From positions 1 to 64,000 of the forward strand of contig NW_027590151.1 in the NCBI RefSeq assembly GCF_964213995.1: a DNA stretch of 64,000 nt, read 5' to 3'. Within the stretch, counting starts at the first letter, position 1; every line of letters starts with the position of its first letter. Below are positions 11,330 through 24,339 of this stretch, one piece after another. Source of the stretch: Mustelus asterias (taxonomy: Eukaryota). The position numbers and the translations under genes were made by a program. The notes below the pieces were generated by a model. It was given only the letters and a program-made list of their open reading frames with translations, did no database searches and was not told the DNA's origin.

Positions 11330-12060
11330 GAGTTGGAGCAGATAATAGGTTGAATTGGAGTGATTGCCGTGATGTTTAAACAGGAGTTGGATCACTCGGG
11401 GAATCTCCCACAATCAGGGCAGACGAATGATCTTTCTCTGTGTAAATTTGTTGGTGTGTAGGCAGGCAAGATGACTCAGTGAATCCCTTCCCACACTTGG
11501 AGCAGGTGAATGGCCTCTCCCCAGTGCGAGCTTCCTGGTGTCAGCAGGTGAGATGACCGAGTGAATCCCTTCCCATACTCGGAGCAAGTGAAATGTCTCC
11601 CTCAGTGCAAACCTGCTGGTGGTTGCACAGCTTGGATAATCGACTAAATCCCTTCCCACAGTCAGGGCAGATAAATGGCCTATCTCCCGTATGAAATCTG
11701 TGGTGTCTCTGCAGAGTGGATAACTAAGTGAATCCCTTTCCACAGTCAGAGCCGGTGTGTGGCCTCTCTCCAGTGTGAATTTGCTGTTCTTCCTGCAGAA
11801 TGGAGTTAGTGAACCTCATACCACAGTCAGCACAAGTGAACGGCCTCTCCCCAGTGTGACTGCATTGATGGGTTTCCAGTGCAAATGGATAATTGAATCC
11901 CTTCCCACAGTCCCATTTCCACAGTTTCTCCATGGTGCTGGTGTCTTGTGTCTCTCCAAGTTGGATGTTCAGTTGAAGCCTCATCCACCCACACAACACG
12001 TGTACAGTTTCTCCCAGCTGTGAATGGTGTGATGTTTTTCAAGCCTGTGTTACTGGTCCA
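11330..12060 (-). pseudogene. Degenerate C2H2 ZNF exon
   Basis: MEKLWKWDCGKGFNYP.. with several frameshifts (ORFs 11414..11743 and 11724..11999). Confidence 0.8.
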
Positions 12061-12615
12061 CAGAGAATCAAATGGGTTTGAGAAAACGAATGTATTCCTT
12101 CAGTGCCGTGATGACTCTGATTGAAAGATACAGCGTCGCTACATTTATTATGATACTAATCTAGTAAATAAGAAATGCACTGAATTAGGAAATGATAAAA
12201 AGGTCAAACGGGTAACTGAAATGTCTCCTCACAGTCTCTAGATTTCCACGGTTTCTCCCGAATGTGACTGTAGTTGTGAATGGTGCTGCTTCCTTCCATG
12301 TTCAAAGTTTCCTGCTTTTCAATTTACTTTAAATTGTGCAGCTCCATCCAATGCTGATTTGATGTTTTGTGTGAGCTTCCTGACCCCAGATCCTCCCTTT
12401 ATAAGATCAATTATATTAACATCTATAACAGAGCTGGAGTTTTTTTTCAATTCAGCAGAAACAGGCCCAAATGTACATGGTTCAATCTGAAAATTAACAG
12501 GAAAAATCCAACCACAATAGTTACTTGTGAATTCGCTGGTGTCTCAGCAGATTGGCTGGGGTGACAAATCCCTTTCCAGACTGGGAGCAGGTGACGGCTT
12601 CTCCCTAGTGTGAAT

Positions 12616-13809
12616 TCACTGGTGCCTTGCTAGGTGGGATGGCGTACTGAATCCCTTCCCACACTGGGAGCAGATGAAAGGTCTCTCCCCAGTGTGAACT
12701 CGCTGGTGTGTCAGCAGATGGGATGACTGAGTGAATCCCTTCCCACACTGAGAGCAGGTGAATGGTCTCTCCCCAGTGTGAATTCGCTGGTGTATCAGCA
12801 GGTAAGATTGGTTAATGAATCCCTTCCCACACCGAGAGCAAGTGAACGGTCTCTCCCCAGTGTGGATACGCTCGTGTCTCAGTAAATTGGCAGAGTCAGC
12901 AAATCCCTTCCCACACTGGGAGCAGGTGAACGGTTTCTCCCCAGAGTGAATTCGCTGGTGCATTGCTAGGCGGGATGGCCTATTGAATCCCTTCCCACAC
13001 TGAGAGCAGGTGAATGGCTTCTCCCCAGTATGAACACGTTGGTGTGTCAGCAGGTTGGATGACTGAGTGAATCCCTTCCCACACACAGAGCAAGTGAACG
13101 GCCTCTCCCCAGTGTGATCTCGCTGGTGTATCAGCAGTTTGGCTGAGCGAGTGAATCCCTTCCCACACTCGGAGCAGGTAAACGGTCTCTCCCCAGTGTG
13201 AACCCGTTGGTGTAACAGCAGAGTGGATAACTGAGCGAATCCTTTCCCACACTGGGAACAGATGAAAGGCCTCTCCCCAGTGTGAACTCGCTGGTGTGTC
13301 AGCAGATAAGATTGGTTAGTGAATCCCTTCCCGCACTGGGAGCAGGTGAACGGTCTCTCCCCAGTGTGAAGTTGCTCGTGTCTCAGCAGATTGGATGAGT
13401 CAGCAAATCCCTTCCCACACTGGGAGCAGGTGAACGGTTTCTCCCCAGTGTGAACTCGCTGGTGCATTGCTAACTGGGATGGTCTATTGAATCCCTTCCC
13501 ACACTCGGGGCATGTGAATGGTTTCTCCCCAGTGTGAATTTGCTGATGTCTTGCTAGGTGGGATGGCCTATTGAATCCCTTCCCACACTCAGAGCAGGTG
13601 AATGGCTTCTCTCCAGTGTGACTGCACCGATGAATCTCCAGTTGGGATGAGAAATCGAATCCTTTCCCACAGTCCCCACATGTCCATGCTAAATCCCTGT
13701 TGTGACTGCAATTATGTTCTGAAAGACCAGATGATAAGTTGAAGTCTTGTCCACACACAGAGCACATGTATGGTTTCTCTCCAATGTGAATGGTGCATTT
13801 TTCTTCCAT
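12616..13809 (-). CDS. Tandem C2H2 zinc-finger protein, 13 complete fingers plus a truncated 14th
   Basis: ATG at 13809 (aacATGg); TGA at 12616 falls in finger 14, and a relic last finger runs to ~12522; acceptor at ~13915. Confidence 0.88.
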   Translation of the reverse strand: MEEKCTIHIGEKPYMCSVCGQDFNLSSGLSEHNCSHNRDLAWTCGDCGKGFDFSSQLEIHRCSHTGEKPFTCSECGKGFNRPSHLARHQQIHTGEKPFTCPECGKGFNRPSQLAMHQRVHTGEKPFTCSQCGKGFADSSNLLRHEQLHTGERPFTCSQCGKGFTNQSYLLTHQRVHTGERPFICSQCGKGFAQLSTLLLHQRVHTGERPFTCSECGKGFTRSAKLLIHQRDHTGERPFTCSVCGKGFTQSSNLLTHQRVHTGEKPFTCSQCGKGFNRPSRLAMHQRIHSGEKPFTCSQCGKGFADSANLLRHERIHTGERPFTCSRCGKGFINQSYLLIHQRIHTGERPFTCSQCGKGFTQSSHLLTHQRVHTGERPFICSQCGKGFSTPSHLARHQ

Positions 13810-14339
13810 GTTCAAAGTGCAATGATATTCAGGTTACAATAAATTGGCCGACTCCATCAGATTCTGATACGATGTTTGGTTTCAGTTTCCAAACTCCAAA
13901 TCCTTTTCTAAAACCCTGTGAAATTGATATAAAACAGAAAAAAGGGAGTGAGCGAGAACCCACAAAAAGACAAAGGTAGCTTGTGAAATTGAGCTGAAGG
14001 AATCTGGGAATTTGTGGGGCCGGCATTGCTGGCTTGTCATAAAAATCCAACTGGTTCCCCAATGTTCTTCAAGGAATGAAACCTGCCACCCAGTCTGGAT
14101 CTACACAAGACTGTGGACACTGTGGGAGGAGACAAAGAGAAATAGGAGAGAGCGGGGGTGAAGGAGAGGGATTTTATACATCTACAACTCAACAAGAACT
14201 TTGACAAAATCTCCCAAACCCTCAACCTCCATGACCAAGGACCAGGGTAGTAGGTTAGAAAGGAACCCCATCAACTCCAAGTTCCCCTACAACTCACACA
14301 TCATGCTGACTTGTCTGACATCCTGTACTAAAAGAACAT

Positions 14340-14550
14340 GAACTTTTTTTTAATGTAACTACTGGGAAGACTGAACCCATTGTGCTCAGTCCCCACTGCA
14401 AATTCCACTCCCTCGCTAGCAACTCTATCCCTCTTCCTGGCAACTGTCTGAGGCAGAACTAGGCTGTTCACAACCAGGATGAAATATTTCACCCCAGGTT
14501 GAGCTTCCAACCACATATTCAGATCATCATCAAGGCTGCCTACTTCCAAG
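14340..14550 (+). mobile_element. L2-like LINE relic in a ZNF intron
   Basis: Homologous to 39670..39850 (inverted) and 26570..26700; family call from recalled similarity. Confidence 0.5.
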
Positions 14551-14655
14551 GAGACAGAGGTTCAAGGTGAGAGAAGGAAAGTTTCAGGGAGATGTGAATG
14601 AGGAAGTTTTTCACGCAGAGAGTGGTGGGTGTCTGGAACGCGCTACCAGAGGAGG

Positions 14656-15262
14656 TCATCGAGTCATAGAGATTTACAGCATGGAAACAGGCCATTCGGC
14701 CCAACTTGTCCATGCCGCCCTTTTTTTAAAACCCCTAAACCAATCCCAATTGCTCATATTTGGCCCATATCCCTCTGCACCATCTTACCCGTGTAAGTAA
14801 CTGAATGCTTTTTAAAAGATAAAATTGTACCCGCCTCTACTACCTCTGGCAGCTTGTTCCAGACACTCCCAACCCTGTGTGTGAAAAAATTGCCCCTCTG
14901 GACACTTTTGTATCTCTCCCCTTAAACCTATGCCCTCTAGTTTTAGACTCCCCTACCTTTGGGAAAAGATATTGACTATCTCGCTGATTTGTGCCCCTCA
15001 TTATTTTATAGACCTCTATAAGATCACCTCTCAGCCTCCTACACTCCAGAGAAAAAAGTCCCAGTCTATCCAGCCTCTCCTTATAACCCAAACCATCAAG
15101 CCCCGGTAGTATCCTCGTAAATCTTTTCTGCATTCTTTCTCATTTAATAATATCCTTTCTATAACAGGATGATCAGAACTGCACACAGTATTCCAAGCGT
15201 GGCCTTACCAATGTCTTGTACAACTTCAACAAGACGTCCCAGCTCCTGTATTCAATATTCTG
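14656..15262 (-). mobile_element. CR1/HER1 LINE 3' part nested in a plus-strand CR1 3' end (14563..14655 + 15263..15440)
   Basis: QKRFTRILPGLDGLGYKERLDRLGLFSLECRRLRGDLIEVYKIM; same tail as 1..546. Confidence 0.85.
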
Positions 15263-15439
15263 TGGTGGGAACACACACTAGCAACATTTAAGAGGCATCT
15301 GGATGGATAATGAATAGGGAGGGAATAGAGAGATACAGACCGAGTAAGGGCGGAAGGTTTTTTTTAAGTTTAGTGAGGCCATCATGGTCAGCACAGGCTT
15401 GGAGGGCCGAAGGGCCTGTTCCTGTGCTGTTCTTTGTTC

Positions 15440-15970
15440 TTCCACCTCAGTGACATCGCCCGACTCCCCCAGTCTCAGCTCATCTGGGACCCTCACCCAT
15501 TCCATTGTGACGTCTGGAACCTCCCAGCACTCCTTCATTGCGCATGCGCCAGACCGCACACCGTCCCCAGTAAATATGGCGGCTGTTTGCACGGGCCTCT
15601 CTCGGAGAAAAGCCTGAGCAGCTTCCGCCGCTCCAAACTCCGCATCGGAGCTTCGGCCCACACGGGATGTTTATGAGGCCTCCAAACCTACCCGCCGGCT
15701 CCCTCCCTCATGACCCATCCCACGGTATCTCACCGGCTGATAATTTCCACAACCGCCTCGATCGTGAGTTCTCATCGGCACTGCGCATGTTCTCAGTCAC
15801 AACAGGAGTGTTCTGGTCTAGACCCGCCCCTCGTTCACTCCGATTGGCTGGAGGACCAGCCTCACTGCTCGGCTATCCAGTCCCGCCCTCTCTTTCTATT
15901 GGTCCAGAGCCGCCGTCAATCACTCCCAGGGCATTGTGAGCTGGAGCATGCGCAGTGCCAATGCTAGGCT
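15440..15970. promoter_or_regulatory. Bidirectional CpG-island promoter with symmetric cassette 15777..15959
   Basis: TGCGCATGCGC, AATATGGCGGC (YY1-like), CCAAT/GC boxes; lies between divergent ZNFs 13809(-) and ~16455(+). Confidence 0.7.
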
Positions 15971-16192
15971 CAGGCTGCAAAGCCGCAGGGAGCAAAGCCT
16001 GAGATTGAAATCAATGGGTTGCTGTAAAGCAGGTCAGGGTTACAGCCAACAACAACTTCTATTTATTTAAAATCCTTAACATCAGAAATCATCCCACTGC
16101 ATTTCACAGGAACATCCAGATACATCAGGATATATTAGCACAGATGACCAAAAGATTGGATAATCAAAGAAACCCTGCAGTACAGAAAGAGC

Positions 16193-16451
16193 AAGAAGTT
16201 TAACAACACCAGGTTAAAGTCCAACAGGTTTATTTGGTAGCAAAAGCCACACAAGCTTTCGTAGCCTTAAACTCCTTCTTCAGGTGAGTGGGAATTCTGT
16301 TCACAAACAGGGCACAGAGACACAAACTCAATTTACAGAATAATGGTTGGAATGCGAATACTTACAGCAAATCAAGTCTTTAAGGTACAAACAATGTGAG
16401 TGGAGAGAGCATTAAGACAGGTTAAAGAGATGCGTATTGTCTCCTGTCTGG
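16193..16451 (-). mobile_element. Penelope-like pseudo-LTR fragment with a degenerate hammerhead (16246..16292)
   Basis: Same family as 4862..5121; minus strand CTGAAGAAGGAGTTTAAGGCTACGAAAGCTTGTG. Confidence 0.75.
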
Positions 16452-16454
16452 AGA

Positions 16455-16885
16455 CAATACACATCTGGATTCAATCGATTGATATGGGAAGGCAAAAGTG
16501 TAACCAAAACAGGGAAAGTCCGTGTGGACAATGTGGGGATACCGGGAAGGGATTCTATTATCTCTCTGATCGGGAAATTCATCGATGCTGTCACACTGGT
16601 GTGAGGCCATTCACCTGCCCCCTGTGTGAAAAGGGATTCACTCAATTTTCAAATATGTTGCGACACCAGCAGGTTCACACCAGGGAGAAACCCTTCACCT
16701 GCTCCCAGTGCGGAAAGGGATTCACTCAGTCATCCCACCTGCTGACACATCAGCAAGTTCACACTGGAGAGAGATCGTTCACCTACCCAGTGTGTGAAAA
16801 GAGATTCATCGGCCCTGCTGAGACACCAGCGAGTTCACACTGGGAGAGGCCATTCTTCTTCTTTGTGTGTAAAGGAATTTGCTGA
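16455..16885 (+). pseudogene. Degenerate C2H2 ZNF (2 intact fingers)
   Basis: CPLCEKGFTQFSNMLRH and [17 protein letters not shown]; flanking fingers broken. Confidence 0.7.
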
Positions 16886-17499
16886 TAACCACAGCAAGTG
16901 GGCTGCAGTTGGAAGAATTTTTATTTATATAGTGCCTTTCACAACCTCAGGGTATCTCTATGCGCAGTAAGCCTCCACAAACAGAAATGTGATGATGATC
17001 AGAAATAATCTGTTTTTCGTGAGGTTTATCGAGATTGAAAGACACAATGAATTTAAAATAGAATTTTACAATAAGTTTGAAAACAATGTTACTCAATCTG
17101 AAACTAGGGTCTTAAATCTAAACAGAGGTAACCGCAAAGTTATGAGGAGGCAACTTGTTTGTGGTGGATTAGGAAAATACCAAAAAGCTGTGGATCCATT
17201 ATCAACAAATGTATTCCCATAAACAAAGCTGATAAATGACTGAGTCAATCTCTTCCCCCACACACAACCATCATCATCTGGAAGGACAAGGACAGCAGAC
17301 ACATGAGAACACCACCTGCTGCAAATTCCCCTCCAAGCCACATGCCATTGTGACTTGGAAATATATCGCTGTTCCTTCACTGTCACTGGATCAAAATCCT
17401 GCAATTCCCTCCCTAACAGCACTATGGATATACCTACACCACATGGACTGAAGTGGTTCAGGAAGGCAGCTCATCACCACTTTCTCGGTAAATTTATGC

Positions 17500-17748
17500 A
17501 AAAGTCTGAAAACATGTACCAAATGACTCAAGAACAGCTTCTTCCCAAAAGTCATCACACTCTTGAATGGTCCTATTAAGCTGATATTTCTCTTCACCCT
17601 ACCTGTACCTGCAATACTATATTTTACACCCTATCCTTTCCTTCTCCCCGTGTACTCTATGAAAGGTATGTTTTGTCTGTATAGCGTGCAGGAAATAATA
17701 CTTTTCACTGTATCCCAATATATTTGACAATAATAAATCAAATCAAAA
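17500..17748 (+). mobile_element. Rex1/Babar 3' end, preceded by a CR1-clade 3' fragment (~17260..17485)
   Basis: gactcaagaacagcttcttccc and the gacaataataaatcaaatcaaa tail, as at 6330..6550. Confidence 0.65.
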
Positions 17749-17957
17749 TTTAATGCTCATGTTCTGAAGTGGAAATCATGCAGAGCAGCCACACCAAACA
17801 GTGCCAGTGAGTAGAAAAACTCCATCTGCACTGCCCCACCAAACACTCCCAGCCCATAATGAGCTGGGTTCCAGGGGGTTAGTTACCAGGCAATGAAATT
17901 ATGTCATAAAGCAACACCATTTAATCCAGCTGGTCCTCTCTTTGACCTTTTAAAGAT

Positions 17958-18080
17958 GGAGAACTGGGACATCCTATCTCCAAACACATTCCCCCCCTGT
18001 TCACACTGAGAATTCCAGACTGGAGAACTGGGACATCCTGTCTCCAAACACATCCCACCCTGTTCACACCGGGAATCCCA
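17958..18080. repeat. ~63-bp direct repeat x2, with a third partial copy at ~18441
   Basis: GGAGAACTGGGACATCCT(A/G)TCTCCAAACACAT..CCCTGTTCACAC duplicated. Confidence 0.7.
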
Positions 18081-18087
18081 GGGTGGA

Positions 18088-18440
18088 GATCTGAGACCAG
18101 ACAGGATAGATGCAGGAAAGATGTTCCTAATGGTGGGGCTGCCCAGAACCAGGGGGTCACAGTCTGACGATGCAGGGTAGACTGTTTTGGGGAGATAAGC
18201 AGAAATTTCTTCACCCAGAGAGTGGTCAGCCCATGGAATTCGCCACCATAGGGAATAGTCGAGGCCAAAACTTATGTTTTCAAGAAACAGTTCGATATAG
18301 CGCATGAGGTGAAGGGGATCAAAGGATATGGGGAGAAGGTGGGATCAGGCTATTGAACTGGATGATCAGCCATCATCAAATGAATGGTGGAGTGCGTTCG
18401 ATGGGCCGAATGGCCTCCTCCTGCTCCTATTTTCTATGTT
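18088..18440 (+). mobile_element. CR1 LINE 3' end
   Basis: gatagatgcaggaaagatgttcc..ttcttcacccagagagtgg..gaatggcctcctcctgctcctatt. Confidence 0.8.
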
Positions 18441-19013
18441 TCAAACATATTCCTCCCTGTTCACACAGACTCTCGGGGTGGGAAGTGTGATGTGTTTGGG
18501 ACAAATTGCTATTTGTAAAGTGAAGGTAGATCAGCAGCAGGAGTTAGTGAAGAGAGTGATGATAACCAGGCAGACACACTTACCAGGAAAGCTTCTCCAG
18601 AGGAGATTCCATGGGATTCACCCAAAACACAATTATTGCCACCCTGACACAATGGAAATGTTCAAGATGTTCAAGGGGTTCAATAATCGAGTAGAGATTT
18701 GATGAGAAACCTCTTTACCCAGTGAGTATTTGCCATGAATGGATTAAGGCAGTGGGCGGTTGAGCCGCTTTCACGGTGATGTTCGCAGTCGGGTGTCCCT
18801 GGAGTGGAACACATGGTGTCCATCAGCATGACTAAGATCCTCCATGACCAGTGGGCAATGTGGGGGCTGGAGTGCTTCATTTCTCCCCAGAACCACATCC
18901 TGTTTTGAAATTTGTAATTTTCCTTTGGGGGTTTTGTTTTTGGTGTTCACAGGAATCTGTCTGAGGCTCTGACATCCAGGAAGCTCACCTATTTTGGACA
19001 TGTGTTGTAAATA

Positions 19014-19340
19014 GGGAGGGATGGCACAGTGGTTAGCACTGCTGCCTCACAGCGCCAGGGATCTGGGTTCAATTCCGGCCTCGGGTCACTGCCTGTGTGG
19101 AGTTTGCACTTTCTCCCGGTGTCTGTATGAGTTTCCTCCGGGTGCTCCAGTTTCCTCCCACAGTCCAAAGATGTGTGGGTTAGGTTGACTGGCCATGCTA
19201 AATTGACCCGAGTGTCAGGGGAATTAGCAGGTAAGTATGTGGGGTTACGGCAATAGGACCTGGGTGGGATTGTGGTCGGTACAGACTCAATGGGCTGAAT
19301 GGCCTCCTTCTGTACTGTAGGGATTCTATGATTCTCTATG
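19014..19340 (+). mobile_element. HE1-like V-SINE
   Basis: tRNA-like head, V-domain and ttctatg tail. Confidence 0.88.
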
Positions 19341-19795
19341 AGTATTTGGAAAAAGAGGGACTGCAAGGCAAAACACCTGGAAAATGTGTGCAAGGAAGGC
19401 CCAAGATGGCACGGGTGGATAATATCAGAATGTGGACTAGTCTCTCGATGGGATAGGCAGTGAGGGCAGTTGAGAAATCAGTGGAGAAAGATTGTTCAGA
19501 GTGCGGCCAACCCTGAGAACGAGGATGGAAGAAAGACAAGACACCTGTCGTGATAGGAAAGACTATTTACTATCCAGGATAAAATGAATACACCACATCT
19601 GCTTCTGTGGATCATTTCAGTGGAAATGTGCTCTCCCAGGCTCGAAGAGCATCAGCCCACTGGAAGACATAAGACTGGCCAGTCCTGCTGAGCAAAACCC
19701 TCCGACCCTCCCACTTCACCAACTGTCAGAATGAACATGGTTCAGTCCTGGATGTGATTAACAGCAGCAATAACAGCAGAATCCAACCCCTGTCA

Positions 19796-20638
19796 TCACT
19801 TGTGAACTCGCTGGTGTCTCAGCAGGTGGGATGAATCACTGAATCCCTTCCCACACCCGGAGCAGGTGAATGGTTTCTGCCCGGAGTGAACTCGCTGGTG
19901 TTTCAGCAGGTTCGAAGATTGAGTGAATCCCTTCCCACAGTCACGGCAGGTGAATGGCCTCTCCCCAGAGTGAACTCGCTGGTGTGTCAGCAGGGTGGAT
20001 GAGTGAGTAAATCTCTTCTCACACTCTGAGCAGGTGAACGGCCTCTCTCCCGTGTGAACTCTCTGGTGTCTCAGTAGGTGAGATGAATCACGGAATCCCT
20101 TCCCGCACTCAAAGCAAGTGAACGGCTTCAGCCCAGAGTGAACCCGCTGGTGTTTCTGCAGATTTGAAGACTGAGCGAATCTCTTCCCACACTGGGAGCA
20201 TCTGAATGGTCTCTCTCCGCTGTGAACCCGCTGGTGTGTCAGCAGGGTGGATAAATCACTGAATCCCTTCTCACACTCTGAGCAGGTGAACGGCCGCTCC
20301 CCAGTGTGAACTCGCCAGTGTGTCAGCAGGGTGGAGGAGTCTTTAAATCCCTTCCCACAGTCAGAGCAAATGAACGGCCTCTCCCCAGTGTGAACTCGCT
20401 GGTGTCTCAGCAGAAGGGATGGATTAGTGAATCCCTTCCCACATTGAGAGCAGGTGAATGGCCTCTCTCGACTGTGAACCTGTTGGTGTGTCAGCAGTGT
20501 GGACGACTGAGCAAATCCCTTCCCACACTTGGAGCAGATGAATGGTCTCTCCCCAGTGTGACTGCGTCGATGAGTTTCCAGCTCAGACGGGGACCTGAAT
20601 CCCTTCTCACAGTCCCCACATTTCCACGGTTTCTCCAT
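19796..20638 (-). CDS. Tandem C2H2 zinc-finger protein, 10 fingers
   Basis: gcaccATGg start, [10 protein letters not shown]; intact array ending HQRVHK*; acceptor at ~20938. Confidence 0.9.
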   Translation of the reverse strand: MEKPWKCGDCEKGFRSPSELETHRRSHTGERPFICSKCGKGFAQSSTLLTHQQVHSRERPFTCSQCGKGFTNPSLLLRHQRVHTGERPFICSDCGKGFKDSSTLLTHWRVHTGERPFTCSECEKGFSDLSTLLTHQRVHSGERPFRCSQCGKRFAQSSNLQKHQRVHSGLKPFTCFECGKGFRDSSHLLRHQRVHTGERPFTCSECEKRFTHSSTLLTHQRVHSGERPFTCRDCGKGFTQSSNLLKHQRVHSGQKPFTCSGCGKGFSDSSHLLRHQRVHK

Positions 20639-21470
20639 GGTGCGGGTGTCCTTGTGACTCTCCAGGTTAAACAATCAGTTAAATCTCACATGGAACACGT
20701 GTACAGTTTCTCCTCGCTGTGAATGGTGTGATGTATTTTCAGACTGTGTAACTGGTTAAAGCTCTTTCCACACTCAGTGCACTGGAACACTCTCAATCAG
20801 GTGTGTGTGTGTCTCGGTGCTTTTCCAGTCACACTGATGTTAGAATGGCCGATGGTTTCACATCCCAGTGAATTGAGTGAATCAGATCTTGATGTTTGTT
20901 TTGAGATTTCTGTCTCAAAATTCTCCCCTTCTAATATCCTGTAAAAGGAGTTCTCAAAAATTACCACTATTAGTGTAGGATAAAAATTCAGAACAGACAG
21001 TTTTAGTTTCTCTGGAACAATCTGTCCTCTCATTCCCCCAAAGCTGTAAATCTGTCTATTTTTCCTCCATTCTCAGTCTGCTGTCCCTCCAACGCTCCTG
21101 AAGATGCTAATTCATGTTGATTGACAGATCAATACATAATGCTTCCTGTCCTCAACACAGAGACCATAACATCATGGAAAGTAGGAGGAATAGACCATTC
21201 GGCCCATTGAGCCTGCTGTTCCATTCAATAAGATGATGGTTGATCCGATTGTGCCCTTAACTCCACGTTCCCGCCTGTCGGCCATAACTCTTGTAGATAA
21301 CAGTCTGCCTAACTCAGCCTGATGCAGCCTCCACTGCTCCCTGGGGAAAAAAATTCCAAAGACCCCCTGAGGGAAGAAATTTCTCATCTCCATTCGAAAT
21401 GAGAAACCCTTCATATTTGGCATTCTGCCCATGTGGGGAAATAACCTCTCTTCATCTGTCAAGCTACCTT

Positions 21471-21772
21471 GGGCAGCACGGTGGCAGTGGTTAACACTGC
21501 TGCCTCACAGCGCCAGGGATCCGGGTTCAATACCCGGCTTAGGTCACTGTCTGTGCGGATTCTGCACATTCCCCCCGTGTCTGTGTGGGTTTCTTCCAGA
21601 TGCTCCGGTTTCCTCCCACAGTCTGAAAGACGTGCTGGTTAGGTGCACTGGCCAAACTAAATTCTCCCTCAGTGTACCCAAACAGGCACTGGAGTGTGGC
21701 GACTAGGGGATTTTCACAGTCACTTCTTTGCAGTGTTAACGTAAGCCTACTTGTGGCACTAATAAATAAAAT
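21471..21772 (+). mobile_element. V-SINE variant with an alternative 3' tail, inserted in a CR1 3' end
   Basis: HE1-like head and V-domain, but tail gactaggggattttcacagt..aataaataaa; second copy at ~51670..51900. Confidence 0.75.
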
Positions 21773-21954
21773 TTAAACTTAAAAAGATTACCCCTCATTC
21801 TTCTAAACTCCAATGACTACAGGCTCAACCGTTCCCAATAACATAACACCTTCCCAGGTATTAGACTGGTGATCCAGTATAACATGGGAAAATGTGAACT
21901 TGTCCACTCAGACAGAAAGAACAGAAAAAGCAGCAGCTTATTTAAATGAATTGC

Positions 21955-22900
21955 AGAACAAAGAACAATACAGCACAGGAACAGGCCCTTTGGCCCTCCA
22001 AGCCTGCACCGATCATGTGTTCCTAACTAGACCATCCGTTTGTATCCCTCTATTCTCAGTCTGTTCATGTGGCTATCTAGATAAGTCTTAAATGATCCTA
22101 GCGTGTCTGCCTCAACCACCTTGCTTGGTAGTGCATTCCAGGCCCCCACCACCCTCTGTGTAAAATACGTCCCCCGCATATCTGTATTGAACCTTGCCCC
22201 CCTCACCTTGAACTTGTGACCCCTTGTGTTTGTCATTTCTGACCTGGGAAAAAGCTTCCAACTGTTCACCCTATCTATGCCCTTCATAATGTTATAAACT
22301 TCTATTAGGTCGCCCCTCAACCTCCGTCTTTCCAGGGAGAACAACCCTAGTTTACTGAATCACACCTCATAGCGAATACCCTTCATACCAGGCAACAACC
22401 TTTTCTGCACTCTCTCCAAAGCCTCCACGTCCTTCTGGTAGTGCGGCGACCAGAACTGGACACACTATTCCAAATGTGGCCTAACCAACGTTCGATATAA
22501 CTGCAACATCATATGCTAACTTTTATACTCTATGCCCCGTCCAATAAAGGCAAGCATGCCATATGCTTTCTTCACCACCTTTTCCACCTGTGCTGCCACC
22601 TTTAAGGATCTGTGGACTTGCACACCCAGATCCCTCTGCGTGTCTATACTCCTGATGGTTCTGCCATTTATTGTATAGCTCCCCCCTGCATTAGATCTAC
22701 CAAAATGCATCACTTCGCATTTATCTGGATTAAATTCCATCTGCCATTTCTCCACCCAATTTTCCAGCCTATCTATATCCGGCTGTATGCTCTGACAATG
22801 TTCATCACTATCCGCAACTCCAGCAATCTTTGTGTCGTCTGCAAATTTACTAATCAGACTAGGTACATCTTCTTCCAAATCATTTATATATATCACAAAC
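21955..22900 (-). mobile_element. CR1 LINE, 5'-truncated
   Basis: IYINDLEE..SKFADDTKIAG..WQMEFNPDKCEVMHFG and FSLERRRLRGDLIEVY. Confidence 0.92.
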
Positions 22901-23536
22901 AGAACTCTGAGGTACAGAGCAATCTGGGTGCCTTGGCAGGGGAATCACAAGTTAGTTTCCAGGTGCAGGGTTAATACTCAGGTCCATGAACTCCACCACC
23001 GTGCACCCCACAAACTGTGTCACCCTCATCAGTGATACTATCCTCCTCTCTGACCACAGGCTGAACCAGACCAATTGCAATCTTCCTTTCCTATTTGACC
23101 TTGAGTTGAACTATTGGCTACATACTCTCACCGTCTCTAATATTACTGTTTCCACCTCTGTAAGACAATTAGATCCATCCTGCCTCAGTTCATTTGCTGC
23201 TGAACTTCTCATCTTGCCTTTGTTACTGTCAGATTTGACTATTCCAACGCTCTTCTGACCGATCCCCCATCTTCCATTCTCCATAAACGTACCCTCCTCC
23301 AGAACTCTCTGGATGGTTGGCAGTTTAGTGGGAAAGAGTGAAGAGAACGGAAGATGGGTTTCATGGACAAGATTAGCTCTTGAAGGGATAAGGGGAGATG
23401 GAGAGAAACTAAAGAAAGAAGTCAGTTTAAGGCCTGGGCTGGGCAGATCTTCAGAACAATTTTGAACTTCCGGGGTAGTGGAAGGGAGGAAAGCAGCAGA
23501 GGCAGCTGATCAGATTGTCTCAATCTTAGTGACAAT

Positions 23537-23872
23537 GGGGCAGCACAGAGGCAGAGTGGTAGCATTGCTGCCTCACAGCGCCAGAGACCCAGGTTCAATT
23601 CCAGACCAGGTGGGCAGTTTGCACGTTCTCCTTAAGTCTGTGGGGGTTTCCTCCGGGTGCTCTGCTTCCCTCCCACAGTCCAAAGATGTGCAGGTTAGGT
23701 GGCTTGGCCATGCTAAATTGCCCCTTAGTGTCTAAAGATATGTGGGTTGGGTGTATTGGCCATGATGGATGCATGGGGATAGGGCCGAGGTAATATGCTC
23801 TGTTGGAGAGTTGGTGTAGACTGAATGGGCCGAATGGCCTCCTTCCACATTGCAGGGATTCTATGATTCCAT
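23537..23872 (+). mobile_element. HE1-like V-SINE
   Basis: Head, V-domain and tail as in the other copies. Confidence 0.8.
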
Positions 23873-24339
23873 GAGCTCCTCACACTCGTTGCTTTGGCAA
23901 GAATGGAGGAGACTGGGATACCAAGGATGTTTTAAAAAGAGCTAACTTGTGTTAGAGATATTAAAATTATTAACCACACTGGCTGTTCCAACACAAAGCT
24001 GATTTATTTGACTTTTATCCAGAATATGATCGGGATCGAGTTTATCAACATCAGCAGAAACAGAGCACAAAGGTATTTTTAAAGACAAATGATAGAAAAA
24101 TATCAGGAAGGTCAATGCAATAAGAAGATTGGATTAAGTAAAAGCAAATTACTGTGGATGCTTGAAATCTGAAATAAAACAGAAAATTTGGGAAAAACTC
24201 AGCAGGTTTGGCAGCATCTGTGGAAAGAGAAACAGAGTTAACGTTTCAAGTCTGTACAGATCAGGTAAGAATGGCAGATTTCCCTCCCTCAAGGACACTA
24301 ATGAACCAAAGATCCAATTTCTGGACTGTCAAGTTGAGA

